Assembly: GCA_023920165.1 (NCBI GenBank)
Contig: CP089278.1
Span: 2,046,001 to 2,110,000, forward strand
DNA length: 64,000 bases
Origin: Curvularia clavata
Taxonomy: Eukaryota
Direction of reading: 5' to 3'
Shown: positions 21,707 to 36,501 of the stretch, one piece after another
How positions within the stretch are numbered: the first letter of the stretch is position 1
Layout of the letters: every line of letters begins with the position of its first letter
Notes under the pieces: model-generated
Told to the model about the DNA's origin: nothing
Seen by the model: only the letters and a program-made list of their open reading frames with translations
Database searches by the model: none
Position numbers and translations under genes: made by a program

Positions 21707-24700
21707 TTATGAATTGTCGCCAAAAACGTCTGTCAACTCGACCTTTCCGACACTCCAGATCTCCCGCTCATCCTCGACCTCATCACTAGATAGACCAAGA
21801 CCACCTGCTCCGCCCTCAGCTTCCTTCCTTTCTCTAGCCTGGCCTGCCAGCCTCATAGCTACGCGCTTGAAGTAGTCTCCCATGCTACGCTGCTGACCAG
21901 GAGATAGGCTCTTGCCTGGACCCGACATGTATTTGTCGAACACAGCGCTTTCCTCGTCCACTACGGAGAAGATGCTGAGGAAGGCGGCCTCCGCAGACAG
22001 CTTGATTGGAATGACCGGGTCACGAACAGATGCAAATATGACTGGTACCAGTAGTGGAATGTGTGGACGGACGAGATCATTGTGCTGTCGTGAAACCGTT
22101 CGGAGCACCACGAGCGCCAGACGTCTCGTGTCAACAGGATGACCCGGCTCCACCACAGGCCCAAGAGCCTCGAAAAGTGGTTTTGTGTGATCAAAGCTCT
22201 TGTTGCTTTTCTCGGAGAGCAAATATTTGCCAGCGGCGAGGATGGAATTGTCCGAGATGTACGGCTGTGAGTGTGCAATACCTTGGCAAATAATAGACAC
22301 AGTCTCATCCGCAAAAGACTCTGTCAAAGCCTCTGGTGCATCAAGCAGGATAGCATTGAGGGCCAATACCGATGCCTTGTTGTAGTGTGTTGTGAGTACA
22401 CGGGCCTTGAGCAGACTAGACGCAATCTCTTCAGGCAAGCAGCTGATGAGAGCGCCCAAAAGTCGAGCGTTTGTGATAGCCATTGCGTCTAGACATCGTC
22501 AGTACCTGCGTAAAGATCTTGCCATCTATTCAACATTCAACTTACCATTCGAGTCATCAGTCTCAGTATCAATGAGACCCAGTATAGCATTTCTGCTCGC
22601 CTCGCTCATGTTCTTGCCCGCTTGGCTTACTACCTCAAACAAAGCCTTCAACATTGCAGTCTTAACGGCCTCATCGGTTGTCTTGGATCCAGTTACCAGC
22701 TCAGCAATCAGAGGATCCACTCTAGGTGTAAGCTTGATCAATGTACCGAGAGCCTTGGCCGCTCGTGCTCGCAGAATGTCAGAAGATGTATCCGCGAGCG
22801 ATTTGGCAAATGTTCGTTGAAGTTGCGGTAAGAAGGGCTTGAGAAAGGTTGGAATCTTTCCGAGTAGGTTATTGAGTGTGAGCAGGATGGCAGCCTTGAC
22901 GTCAACGGAGCGCTCTGTAACCACACGAATGAGGGGCCCAGTGATTTGAGTAACGAAAGGCTGCAACGCTTTGGCACTTGTGCGGTCAATGATATCAGAA
23001 ATAGCCAACGCAGACTGCGTGCGCTGTTCGACGGTGCCGTTCATAAGACCCTGCAGGAAAATAGGCAGAATGGCGTTGATTCCCTTTGGCAGTGAGAATC
23101 CCGGAAGATCTGCACCAGCGACACCAACCTGGTTGAGAGTTTGTCGGGTAGAGATGACGAGCGCCTCCATTTCTTCCTTTCGTAGCCGCTTCGATGTAAG
23201 GGTGCTTAGAGCAGTCCATGCCGCCCTGACGACCTCAGTGTCGCTATCATCGAAAGAGATGAGAAGCGCGCGAATAAGATCTGGATAGTACCTCGAGAAG
23301 TCTACATCCGCATCTGCGAAGAATCTTGCAAGGTGCATATCGGCACGCGCACGTCGCTTCTCGTCGTCGTGCTTGGATAAAGCAAGCATTACACTCATTG
23401 CAGTGTTGAGTCCATCAAACTCATCCACAGACAAAAGTACCTTGTCGAAAGAAGCTTCGAGTTCTGACTTTAAGTCTTCATCCTTGGAAGCAATGATATT
23501 GTCCATGATAGTGTTCAGGATGTTTGGCAGCCTTCTGGACATAGCAGAGCTTGCAACTTCGGCCAACGACGCAATAGCCCGAGCATTGAAAGCAGACATG
23601 GGCGAAGTAAGAAGTGTGGGCAGCAGATTTGGCAGAATGATATTGGACCTTGCCTGATCTGTAAGGAGAGTGAGAAGCGCAGATAGCGCGTTTTGAGCGT
23701 CTTCCTCTGAACGCAGAAGGTTGAGTAGATAAGGCAAGACCTGATCGACAGCCTTCTTGCCGAGAATTTGTTGTAGAGCGTCGAACGCATCTGCTGCAGC
23801 TTCTCGAACATCGGCGTTGTGGTCCACCAAAGCGGTCCGCACGACCTGTATGAGTGTTGTCTCGTAGTCTTCGAGCTGTTCTGGTGATGCAGCAGCAATG
23901 AGCTCTCGGAGGGCAATACAGATACCCTGTTTTGCGTCGGTGTCGGTAGTATGCAAACCGTCCTCCAAAGTAGGCAATAAGGTGGCCAGCACACCGTCGC
24001 CAGCTTTTCGAATGAGTTCTCCAAGGGCGTTGCTAGCGATGACCTTCTGCTCCATGTTGGAACTTGCCAGACGACGGATAATGAGTTGCGTGAGTGTAGG
24101 TATAAGTTCGCGCAAGGTACGAGGGCTGGCGACCAATGCCTTCCAGACGTTGATGGACGCAGTGCGTACCAGGCCAGATGTATCGCATCTGCAGATGTAC
24201 AATGCAGACAAGACTTTGTTGCGCTTCTCTTCTCCAAGAACTTCGAGAAGAGACTGGCCGGCTTCCTTTGCGCCCTCTTCGGCCTCTTCCTCTTCCACCT
24301 TGCCACTAATACCAGTAAGGTTGAAGAGCAGGTCTCCCACAAGCTCGACGGAACTGAGACGGATACGATAGCTGTCGTCGGCAAGACCCCTCTCCAACTC
24401 TGGCAGCAAGAGATCGATAGCCTTGGTAGCAAAGTTCTTGACCAGGAGACGACCAGCGCGCAAGGCGGTTTCGCGGATTGATTCCACATCATCTGCAAGA
24501 CCGCCAAGTATAGGAGGAATGATCTTGCTAAGGTAGTTGGCAAAGCTGTTTCCGAAACATACTGGCAGGAAAATGAAGAGCGACATGAAGCCTTCTCGAA
24601 CTGAAGCTCTGCTGCTGGAGACATTCTGCAGGATACTTGGGAGTGTCTCCTCCAGACGCCCAGTTCCCAAACCGGCGAGGACTTCTGAGAGAGCTTGAGC

Positions 24701-27700
24701 AGAACCAAGTCGGTCTCCAGCACCTGTATCGGACTTGAGGGTAGCCATGAGGCTTGGAATGAGGTCGGGTAGAGCGTCCTCTCCAAGCTTTTCCACGAGC
24801 GAACCTAGTGCCTTGGACGCCGTAGCACGCGTAGCTGGAACAGGGTCCACAATTGCGACGCGCAAGCCGGCGACCAAAATTGGCAAATGAGATATGAGAT
24901 CCTTTCTCTCTGAAAGATATGCCAAGCTGCCAATGATTTGAGAGGATTTCCGCTTGGTTCCTGATCGGTCACCCAGTCCGCGTTCCAGAATGCGTACCAC
25001 AAGAGCGAGTGATGGGGCATCTAAGAAATGAGCGAATTGGATCTTGATCAATGCGTCAAGGGCATCTTCAGTGTATTTGGTGGGGTCGCTTAGAGCCTTG
25101 AGAATGATGTTGACGACACTCTTGATCTCGGGGTTGCTGATAACTTCACCAAAGCGTTGCAAGCTTCGATTCGCCGAAGCCCTTACCTCCTTATGACTGT
25201 CAGTCAAGACAACAGTAAGAGGTGGGATGATATCAGGCAAGCTGAGGGCTAGCTGATTTGGATCAAGATAGGCCATTGCACCCAAAGAGTCGCAAGCACC
25301 CTTCTTACTTCGCCATTGGTCCTCATCCAGACCTTCCAGGAGTATTGGCAGCACCTGCTTAACTCCAAAGGAACTGAGCGTAGAGAAACACGTCTTTGCT
25401 GCATCAAGGCAGGCCTCTCGAACGTCTGCACTTGTGTCACCAAACCCAGCGAGTAGCTGTGGGACCAGCTGGATAACGTAAGGCTCGAACAATCGACCCA
25501 TTATCAACGACAAGAGCTCGTATGCCAAGTAAACACCTTGCCTTTGGTTGGGGTCTTTCTTGTTCTCACTAGCACCCTTAAGTGTGGACATGATACGGTA
25601 TTCTTTGAGGACAACGAGACCCTTTCCTCGAACGATACCCGCAAGTCCATAAGCAGCACCACGACGTTGGGCATATTTCTTCGACTGCAGCAACTGTTCC
25701 ATCATCTGGTTGACGTATGTTGAAAGCTCCTGCTCTGAGGTGCGGACTAGAGGTGGGAGGCATTGTGCGACGGCGTATTGTACTGTTTCTGAAGGAGTGC
25801 TGAGGGTCGCCAACAGTCTTTGCACAACCTTTGGAACTCGTTCGTCCCCGGCCGCCAAATGACGACCCAAAGCACCGTAAAGGATGACGACAGCTTCATT
25901 GACTTGATCGTACATCTCGGACTTCCGGTCGGGCGCTTCAAGTGCGTTCTCGAAAAGTTCCATCAACGGCTCGACCTTGGTTTGCGCTTTTGCGGCAATG
26001 ATTGATGTCGCTGCCTCAATCAATTCATCTCGAACTGCAGAGCTGCGATCTCCCAAAGGACCTTCGTAAATGAGGAAGTTGAAGAATTCCGGTAGATTAT
26101 CGGGCTTGAATCCTGGTGTCATTTCCTTGAAGGAGAGCGCAATACCGTCTCTGCTCTCCCAAGGGTCTCGAAGATCCACCTTTCGGGGCATACCATACTC
26201 GTCGCGCTCTGGAACTCGTGGTTTAGCCTTTTCTGTATAAGAATCACGAAGCTTCTTCAGAAGGTCATCGAATGTCTCTGGGAACTTGGTAACAATCTCG
26301 CCAATAGATCGAGCAGCTGCCCGCCGGAGCGGTTTGTCAAGAGAGTCGAGATATGGCAGTATTTGTACTCCCGCTTCGGGTTTCAGCTCGAGATCGTTCT
26401 CGTCCCATATCGTTTGTGCGAGTTCCGCGTTTTCCGGTACATCATCATGACAAGCAATCCAGATCTCTTCACTGAAGGTCATGCCGTTCATATCGAGTTC
26501 GGCGTCGATAGCTTGTAAGGTTGCAGTTCGGACGCCAGTTTCTGGTACAATTGTTCCACGAAGGAGAGCTGTCAGCTCGTCGTCGGTAATGTTCGGAGCG
26601 AGACCGCGAGCGAGATCTGACAAACAGTCTTTGATCATCTTGTAATGCTGCTGGTACCGCTGCATCGACCATACTAGAATTTCTAGCATATTCTTACGGG
26701 GCAGGCGAGAATCGGTGCCTGTTACGCGTTAATTGCAAGCCTCGCAGTCTGAACAGTAGGACGCTTACAAGAGTTTGTGTGGAAAGCGAGAATTTCGATA
26801 GCTAAGATCAGCTGCTCGTCGGCTTCCTCAGGCGTAGATTTGCCTATGCCACCTTTTTCCAATACCAAGAAGATCAGAGGCAAGCAGTATGCGAGAGAAA
26901 CAGCGTCCAGGGGTCTTTGTTCGCTCAAGAACCGGAGTCGGTACATAACGCGGGTTACAAGATCTGATCTTGTTAGCTTACATGTCCGCACCATCCAACC
27001 AATTCCAATCGACTCACCGCCTAAGTCTTCAGCTTCATATTCTTTCGCGAGCTGTATGGATCCGATAGTGCGAAGTACTGCTACCCCAACAAATGGTCGA
27101 ATTGCACCCAAACGGCTGGATATCTTTTCGGAACATGCAATTAAGGCAGTTGCTGGGATATCTCCAAGAAGGAGGCCAGCTCCAGTGCGAACAGCCTGGA
27201 TCAAGAGATCAACAGCTGGCCCCATCCATTGTTCCGCCTCGGTAGGGGGACCAGTTGCGAGGCTCTGAATGATGCCCACACCCCGCCTCATCTTCTGCTC
27301 AATACCAGAAACTTCCTTCCTGATGGCGGATTCCTTTGCCAACTGCGCATTGACCTTGGCTTGCTCGTCCGCCGTGAATTTCTTGGTCTGTCCCTTCTTT
27401 TGTGCAAGCTGTGCTCGTAGTTCCTCTTCCCACTTCAAAGTATCGTAGTCCTTGGTGTTCTTGTCTATCACAACAGGGGCTTTCTTGGACAACACGTCGA
27501 TATAGGTTGTACCTTCGGGTGTGCGGAATATCGCAGCTTCAGTCGGTCCAACTGCCTCCAGTTGCTTGGGGTCCAGGTCTTGACTGAACTGCTTCACTAC
27601 AGCGGGCAGCGCAGCATCTGGAGCAACGAAAGCCATGTCAGCATAAGCACTGTAGGCTGCCAGGCTAATGGCAGGGAACTGCTTGTTTTCTTGGTTCTTC

Positions 27701-30057
27701 CAGGCTGGTTAGCTGGAAAGGTTTTCATGGGATCTAGATGGCTACGTACCTCGGTAGAGTCATTGACAGTACGCATGAACTCATCCAGATTGTTCCGAAC
27801 TACCTCACCTGGGTCTACGCCCATGCGCAGGCACAGCTCGATCCAAGATACTCGTTGGATGATTTCCTTTCGTGCCAGAACAACAAGATTCATGGCTTGT
27901 TTATGAAGAATCGAGGCCTCGATATTTTTATCATGTTTCTTGAGTATCTCAGGAGGGAGGCATATGCATGCCAATACTGCACCAAGTTCTCCACAACCTG
28001 TTTTCGATGCCAATGCAGCGCTTTCCTTGTCTTCTAGTTGGATTGCCTTGTACCATGACCAAATTCCATCTAGGATGATGTTGCTGATCTGTTCTGGGGA
28101 CGTCTGGATGTATGCTTGTATTAGTGCTTGTTTGGCAGCCGACTTGGCTTGGGCAGAAATGCCCTGTGCCACGACGAGGAAAATGTACGCCTGTGCCCAT
28201 GCATCACGAACATCCTTGGATGGTGTTTGTGCGACGCTTGATGCGACAGCATTCAATGCACGAAGTGCAATCGAGACATCCTCTTCGGCGGATAATTTCG
28301 AATATACTTTTGGGTTGAGAAGGAGTGAGGGTTTTGGTTGCGTGGCGAGTGATTGTGAGACGACATCGGATTTCTTGAAGAGTGACGCTAGTTTCTCATC
28401 CTTCATGTCCCGGACTCTATCAATGAGCAGTGCAGTGACGTAGTGCCCTGCTGTGACGAGGCCGTTTTGGGCCGCCGGGAGTGGATTAGCATTGATCTCT
28501 TGCCAGAGCTCAATTAGTTTCGGGAGAGTAGCCTGACAGAATGCAAGCACGTCTGGTTGACTCTGTTGCTCTTCAGACAAGTTCCACCAAATGTCTGCTG
28601 CCCGAATTGCCCATAATCTCTTGACAGGTACACGTTTATCCCCCATACCTTTGATAAACGCATCGGAAACCGTCTTGTCGAAGGCAACGCCGTTAGTTAG
28701 ACCGAAATTGAGGTGCGTTGTCATTGCCGACACTTCAGCCAGGACAGCTGGTTCATTTGGTTCCTTCAACGCTACTGCAGCAATGCCTGCAGGAATCTTC
28801 TTGGAAAGCGAGGGTGACTCGGGTAAGACCGCAAGCATTTGAGCGTGCAGAACTTTCTGGTCAGCACCTGACACCTTGCCTTGCTTGAGAGGATTCAGCA
28901 CTTCGTCTGCTACTTTCTCGATCTTGTCAGTGTCTTTGGATCGTAAGGCGAGCGCCTTGAAGGTGCGTAGGGTGCCAGCTCGGATAACGGGGCTGGTGGA
29001 TTTCACATTGGCCAGCAGTGGCTTGAGCATATTTCCTAAGAAGATGTCTGAGAGGTCCATGGACTCTGGAAGAGCGAGTATCATGGGCGAGATGATGTCG
29101 TTGAGCACCACTTCAGGTGCTCTCAGCAGTGCCTTCTCGATGGGCTGGAATACATCTTTGCACAGCTCGTCCAAAGTAGGAAATGTGTCAAAAAAGTCGT
29201 GCAGGGCATTGGAGATGTGGTGGGGAAGTTGGCTTCTCGAGCCAACAATCTCCCTTGTGTAGAAGGCATAGTAATCCTTTTTGTGGTTTTCGAGAAGTGG
29301 CTTGACGGCCGGTAGGCGAGACGAGACACCTGCAATGACACCGAGAAAGACAGCATTTCCAGCAGTTGGAGCAGCGCCCTTGGCCGTGAGCGTCGTAACT
29401 AGCTTGACAAGGGTTTCCTGGCCGATTGCCTCAGAGCGGAAGATAGCACGAAGAGCTCGACGAGTAGAGACGAGGGCAGAATGGGCGAGGCGGCCAGCCC
29501 GGCGATCGCCACCTGTGCCCACGCACGTCTCGAGAACGCGCGCATTGGCGAGAGCCACGTCCAGCCCATAGCTTGCCCACGCATCCGGGGATTTTACCAG
29601 TTGCAGCAGCAGGACAGAGCACCAATCGTTGAGTACGAAAGCGCTGGCGTGTGCGATGCCCTTCTTTGCGCACTCTTGCTTGAGAAATTTTACAATGGGC
29701 GGGAGCACCGTCTTGCCGTGTGGCCCTGTAACCAGCGCCCGAAGGACGCCCTCGACGGCGCGGCGGGACTCGCGGTCGTCATAAAGTGGATATGTCTCGA
29801 AGAGGGTTTGCAGAAGAGCCTGAAGGTCGGCAGTCGCTAGAGCGGCTACATTGAGGGCAAATCTAGTCAGTCTTTTGCTGCTTGAATATGTGTGTGGTGT
29901 GTGCATTAGGGCGTCCAGAGCACTCACAGTCGTCTGCGACCTGGTGCTGCAAGCCCGAAAGCTCGTGGATCCTGCGCTTGGTGGAGCTCGTAATGAGCTT
30001 CTGTCGCAGTCCGTCGCGGTCCAGGGCCGGCGCTGCAGCATCCCCATTCACAGCCAT
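21707..30057 (-). CDS. GCN1: Translational activator Gcn1 (HEAT repeats), 6 exons
   Basis: Very long HEAT-repeat protein with RRGAAYGLAG, WRSKKGACDSLGAMAY, RIRLSSVELVGDLLF, ITGPLIRV, FLKPFLPQLQRTF; ATG at 30057; five GT-AG introns. Confidence 0.96.
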
Positions 30058-30477
30058 GTCGTCCAGTCCATGCGAGAAGGCCGAGTGCGGGGAGTTGGCG
30101 GGGTGAGTCGTGCGATACAACGATCGCGAAATGATAATGCCAAGATTTCTCGTCTATTTGGCTGCTGGCTTGGGTGCCATGACATCGGTGCTCAATGCTT
30201 GTCCACCATGTGGATCGCCTTTTACCAACCCCCACCGCTGGCCTCGCCTTCGCCGCCCGTCCACCGCTGTCTGACTGTTTCCTTGACCACCAACCGAGCG
30301 GCACTGATGCGTCCTGTCTACTCGTACGTCTTGTCCAACCTTGATCTCGCCCGGGATCAAGCCCCGAGATACTCTATACGGCGGCCCGCTTGAGACAGAT
30401 CCCTGCCCCTCACTTACCATATTCCTTCACTACACCAGTTGGCCCAAAAGGAGAAGAAAATTAATTCCAGTTCTTTA

Positions 30478-33400
30478 ATGGCGAAGAAGAAGAAGCCAAC
30501 TGGCAACCCCGCACGAGGCTTCGCCACCACGTCTGTGGCCAGCAAACCGAAGCCTGACAGGACCATTGTTGATGAGACCAAGCCAGTCGCCACGGCCCAG
30601 TCAAAGGAGAGCACATCAGTTCCAGAGCCCACGTGTCAGCCGCCTCAGCAGGTTCATCCGCCCAAAGAAGAAGTCGCACCGACCCCGGAAGAGTTGGAGG
30701 CCCAGCTAGAGCGTGATGAACTTCAACTTCTAGTTGAAAAGCATGCTGCCAAGGTCCGGCGCGAATCCAGTCGTCATGTTACACGGTTCCAAACAGATCG
30801 CAGACTTTTACGTAGCCAGTCGCACTCTTTGACTGTCCACGAGTGGCTACCCAATGAGATTCTGGACAATATCGTCCTATTAGCACAGGTCGAGTCCAAC
30901 GATTCAAACCGAAGATTGGGCCAGCAATCCTTTCTCAGAACCCTCACCGAAGATGATGCCATATCTAAATTCTGGACTCTTGACTTGAGTCTACGTGACC
31001 TTGGATTCTCACAGAATCACATTGAGCCTGTCTTGAGATGGCTCTGCGCCAACGCTGCTGGCGTGGATGCATCTTCTGGCATATGGGGCTTCCAAGAAGC
31101 TTTGGAATGGCTTGCCTTGGATCAATGCGAAGATCACTCTTTTTCCTACGAGGAATCAAAGCCTAAACGCTCAGCTTTTGACACTCCCAATCCTTCTCGC
31201 CCACGTAAGTCTATCTGGTGTTTCACTTAAGACTTGTTTGATTCTCCGTCTTATTGCTGGCTAGCCATCGGTTGTTTAAGTCTGGTTATGCATTACTCTG
31301 CATCGCGCTAACCCAAAAAAGCCACACCAACACGCGATATTACTCCTACTAGGAGCACACCCACAACAGCGGCCTCGACATCTGCGAAGACCAATGGCTC
31401 CACGGCTGTCGAACCCAACCACAGCGATATTCAAGTCAGCGATCTTGATAGCGATCTTGATAGTGATGAACTTATTCCTGCGTACCTCAAGATTAAGAGC
31501 AAACTTTACGAGATTGACCCGCAGCTCATCGAATCGACTGCGAAAAAGCCTAGAAAGAACGCCCAATCGAAAACACAAGCACATGCTTCTACACAGACTC
31601 CGGCTGTTCGAAAACTACTTTCTCAGTTACAACAACTTACTTCTGATGCACTCTTTGATGAAGATCAAGCCGAGGCACAGTGGCCTGCCAGACGCAATCA
31701 AATCGCTCAAAATCAAGCCGAGAAAAGGAAGCAAAATGAGACACGACCGGATGTTCCACAAGCGCAGAAAGAAGGATTCAATCTGCAGCCTATAACATCG
31801 ACTGCGACCAAGGCGCCCTCCACGGCAGCTTCTCCTAATGCTACTGAGGACGAAGAGGATACGGATCTGCTTGGGGATATGTTTTCTGCAGTCCCTGATT
31901 CATCGCCAGCCCTAGAAACCACGTCCGACGGCGCGGACCCTGTTCATGTGGCTATACGTGACTTTGGCAAAGCGAGCGGAATGTCTCCTCGCAAATTGCT
32001 TGAGGAAGTTGTCAGGTCAAGGTATGTAGAACCGGTGAAACCTTTCTCTCTTACTTTTCTTGAATATTGACTCAGTTCTGCTAGGGACTCGAGTGCGCGT
32101 TTAATATACAAGATGATCTCACCTACCGCGTACACTTGCAGGCATTCCCTGACTATCCATTGGTCAAGGGATGTTGATATCGAGTACGATAACGAAATTA
32201 TCGGAGTGACCATCACTCCTTACAGAAAGGAAGTCACGTTTGTGGCAACAGACATCGCGACAGTGTCCGCTGAGCAAAGCGAAAGCTACATATCAGTTGT
32301 CGCATTATTTTCCATCTGTGTTACCTCACCAAAAGATGAGAAAGTTCATCAGCGGCTGCCATCGAATTGGAGAGAACTGTACAGAGAGTTTCTGGAACAT
32401 CGAAAGGCGCGGCTGGATGCCGCGGATCGCGACGCCATCAAGCACTATCGCTCAGTCATTCAGGACCAAGTTGAGAATGAAGAGTCCGACGGTGTTGTTT
32501 TCACGAATCGCTTCAAGATGCGTAACCAGGCTGCAACGGGCTCAAGTGCTTCAAACTCAGGTTATAGCACGCCAGTGCGCCAACACGACAGTCTAAGAGA
32601 GTTATGGGCTGCAAAAACGTCAACTCTCTCGTACGAACACATGCTTGTCGGTCGAGTAAACCTTCCTGTATTTGGATTTAAAGAGTCTATACTCTCAACA
32701 GTCGACAAGAATCAGGTTACTATCATTTGTGGCGAGACTGGTTGCGGAAAGAGTACGCAGATTCCTGCTTTTGTTCTCGAGCATGAGCTTGCGCAAGGAA
32801 AGGCATGCAAAGTGTACTGTACTGAGCCGAGACGAATTTCTGCCATCTCGCTTGCGCAGCGCGTCAGTGAGGAGCTGGGTGAGGGTCCAAAGGATCTCGG
32901 AACTGTTCGCTCACTTGTCGGTTACGCGATTCGACTTGAGTCTAAGACTTGTTCGCAAACTCGTCTAGTATACGCAACTGTGGGTGTGGTACTGCGTATG
33001 TTGGAGTCCTCAGGGGGTTTACAAGAGGTTACACATCTTATCATTGATGAGGTTCATGAAAGATCCATTGACACAGATTTTCTGCTTGTCATCTTGCGGT
33101 CGCTTATGCAGCAACGTCCCGAATTAAAGGTTATACTAATGAGTGCAACCGTTGATGCCGCAAAATTCTCGGCATACCTCAACGATGCACCAATTTTGAC
33201 AGTACCAGGTCGTACATTCCCGGTACAGACACGTTATCTAGAGGATGCAATCGAGTTGACCCATTACGACGGGGCATCTGAAAAGATTGGAAACACAACT
33301 AGCAGCGACAATGACGAAGAGGATGAGATTGCGAGTGATAAATCCGGTATTCCAAGCAAGCTCCCCGGGTACAGCGCTGCGACGCGTAACGTGCTTTCGG

Positions 33401-35067
33401 ATTACGACGAGTACGCCATTGACTACGATCTGATCACACGCCTTGTTGAAACGGTCGCGTACAACCAACAGCTCAGTCGCTTCAGCAGTGCAATTCTTGT
33501 CTTCCTTCCAGGTATTGCCGAGATCCGACAACTCAATGACATCTTGGTTGGTCACCCGTCTTTCGGAGCTGATTGGTACATCTATCCGCTACACTCAACA
33601 ATCTCGAGTGAAGACCAGCAAGCCGCGTTCCTGATTCCTCCACCCGGGGTACGCAAGATTGTTCTTGCTACGAATATTGCGGAAACGGGAGTTACAATTC
33701 CAGATATCACTTGTGTAATCGATGTCGGCAAGCACAAGGAGATGAGGTTTGACGAACGAAGACAGCTATCACGTCTGACACAATCGTTTATTTCGAGAGC
33801 CAATGCAAAGCAGCGGCGCGGTCGTGCAGGCCGTGTGCAAGAAGGGTTATGCTTCCATTTGTTCACAAAGTACCGACATGATAACTTGATGGCTGAGCAG
33901 CAGACGCCGGAAATGCTGCGTCTCTCACTTCAAGATCTGGTCATGCGTGTAAAAATCTGCAAATTGGGAGACATTGAAGCTACCCTCGCTCAAGCGCTCG
34001 ATCCACCCACGCCCAAAAACATCCGCCGCGCCATCGATGCGCTTGTGGAAGTGGACGCGCTCACTCCGAACGAAGAGCTCACACCGCTTGGTCGTCAGAT
34101 TGCAAAGCTTCCATTGGACGCACACCTGGGTAAACTCGTCTTGTTGGCTTGCATCTTTGGTTGCGTCGACGTTGCTGTTACCATAGCTGCCATTCTCTCT
34201 TCCAAGTCTCCCTTTGTCACGCCTTTTGGAGCGAAGCAGCGTGCCGACGCTGCGCGACTTGCATTCAAAAAAGGGGATTCAGATCTCCTCACAACATACA
34301 ATGCTTACAAGGCCTGGAAGTCGGTATGCACTACGGCTGGACGGTCAGAGACGCAGTTCTGCCACAAGAACTTCCTCAGCCCCCAGAACCTGGGCAATAT
34401 TGAAGACCTCAAAGCCCAGCTGCTTTCGTCTCTTGTGGAAGCAGGTTTCGTACAAATGACACTCGAGGAGCGACGGGCGATGAATCGGTACCGGAGTACC
34501 TCGCGCCAGCGTGTATTTGTACAAGTGCCCTCGCAATACGACGCCTATTCCGACAACGACGTTTTAGTAAACACAGTCATTGCAACAGCTTTCTATCCCA
34601 AGGTGCTGATGCGCGAGGGCAAAGGCTGGCGTAATATTTCCAACAATCAGACAGTTAGCTTGGCCCCGACGTCAGTCAACAAAGGTAGCACAACGGCGAA
34701 TTTTCTGTCCTACTATCACATTATGCAGTCGAGCAACAAGTTCTACAACGCGCATTCGACGTCGGTTGCATACCCATTGCCCATGGTGCTCATGGCGGCG
34801 GCGGACATGGACTTCAAGCTTCACGCGGGTGTCATTAGTCTGCCGGGCAACGCCGTCCGATTTGCTGTTCGTGACTGGAGGGCTGCCGTAGCGCTCAAAG
34901 TGCTGCGGCGGCGTGTCAAAGAAATATTGGCAAACAGCTGGAAGAACCCTACACGACAATTGAGTCATCGCGAACAAGAGTGGTTGGACTTGTTTTTCAA
35001 GATTTTTGAACAAAAGTTTGAAAAGGATGAACGCATCAGGGAAAAGGCTAGTGGGAAAGCGAAGTAG
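30478..35067 (+). CDS. DEAH/RHA-family RNA helicase, DHX29/DHX57-like, 3 exons
   Basis: GETGCGKST (I), EPRRISA (Ia), DEVH (II), SAT (III), TNIAETGVTI (V), QRRGRAGR (VI), HA2 region; N-terminal KKKP..NPARGFATTS; introns ~31205-31263 and ~32022-32084. Confidence 0.92.
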
Positions 35068-35174
35068 ATAAGTAGGCAGACTGCTGTGCTAGTCATTGCT
35101 ACTCTAGCGAAGACATATATATGGATAGCTCATGTTCTATGGTACATGTATGTAACGGAAAGAAGCGTCTAATA

Positions 35175-36501
35175 TCACACAGACGGCTTCTCAAATTCAG
35201 CTTTACCATCCTTGATGGTGGCATACCTTACTGTGCCCGATGCATCAGTGTTTGGTATAGGTGCCTTGGTACCTTCACCAATAGACTTGATCTCTTCTTT
35301 AATCTTCCTGGACACGGCGTCCTCTACAGCGCCAGGCGGGCTATCGGCGATTTCGTCAACGTCTCTGAGGGTAAGAACGTCGCTAATGCGAGCAGCACGA
35401 GACTGCATAAGCATGGTAGTTGGACCCTCGAAGCGGAGGAAGAGCTGTGTAAATGTCAGTGTGTATCTAGCAAAAGCATACTCATGACATGTCATCTTAC
35501 CCTGTCTCCCCAGACTGTCCTTCGCAGCCAAGTTTTGAGGGTGTGGTAGGTGGTGGATAGCGCACGCCATGTGGCCGTCTTGCTCATGGTTCGGAAGAAC
35601 TGGGTATTCTGGACCATGGAACCAAAGCCAAGGTCTGGAATTTGGAATCGGACATTGGATGACTTGAAGCGGAAGGGGACGGGTGGTGTTTTGGAGGCTG
35701 TGTATGCTACTACATTACTGCGCGGCGGGTGGTTAGTCAAAGATGGTTGCTCAGTTGTTGTCCTTGGTAAATATGGCATACCTGGGGTGGGCTACATAAC
35801 TCTCGCCAGCCTTGACCTGGACCTGGTAAATCTGCCCGTTTCCTGTGAGCGCCAGCAAGCCTCGGCCGGTAATGTATGTGTTTCCCCAATGTGCAAGGCC
35901 CAGCTTGATGTTATATTGTGGCTTCAGCTTCAATGTGAGGCCCGTCCACGCGAGCAGCGCTTGTCTTTGGCTGATGATCCAGTCATCCCGCCCATCCAGG
36001 TTCACCGAGACAATGCTTGAGATTGGGGTTTTGGTAGAGATGAGAGCTGTGACCGGGCTGGTCGACGACACCTTCTGGTAGAGGAAGGGAATGCCGACGG
36101 GCGCACGCTGGATTGGCTCGAGAATAGACAGGGTGGAGACTGTGTTTTCCGACTTCCCGCTGAGGCCGACCAGCGTTCCCCGGCGGGTGTAGAGGGTCTG
36201 CGAGGCAGAGAGGGAGACGGAGAGGATCGAGAAGGGTGTACCGATGACGTCGAAGCGGGCGTCTGCGCAAGGCAATTTTTTAGCAGGGCCGCATTGGAGC
36301 CACCGAGGAATGCATACCAGGTGTGTGCATGGGCGTAGCAGTGCCCTCAACACTGATTGTCTGCTGCAGCGCCGGGTCCGAGGGTGGACTGGTGGCCGAG
36401 ATGTTGATGCATCGCGCCGCAATTGCTGAGGGCGCCGGGCGTGCAGTGGGGGCGCATGTGCGGGACAGGCTCCTCCATGGCAAGGCAGCCGGTCGTAGCA
36501 T
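35175..36501 (-). CDS. AIM24: Aim24-like mitochondrial protein, 4 exons
   Basis: Arg/Ala-rich presequence [82 protein letters not shown]. Confidence 0.8.

Noticed and set aside
23515..24786. 423-aa alternative-frame ORF inside GCN1
   Set aside because: Ser/Leu/Arg-rich shadow frame with no motifs; explained by codon bias of the overlapping gene.
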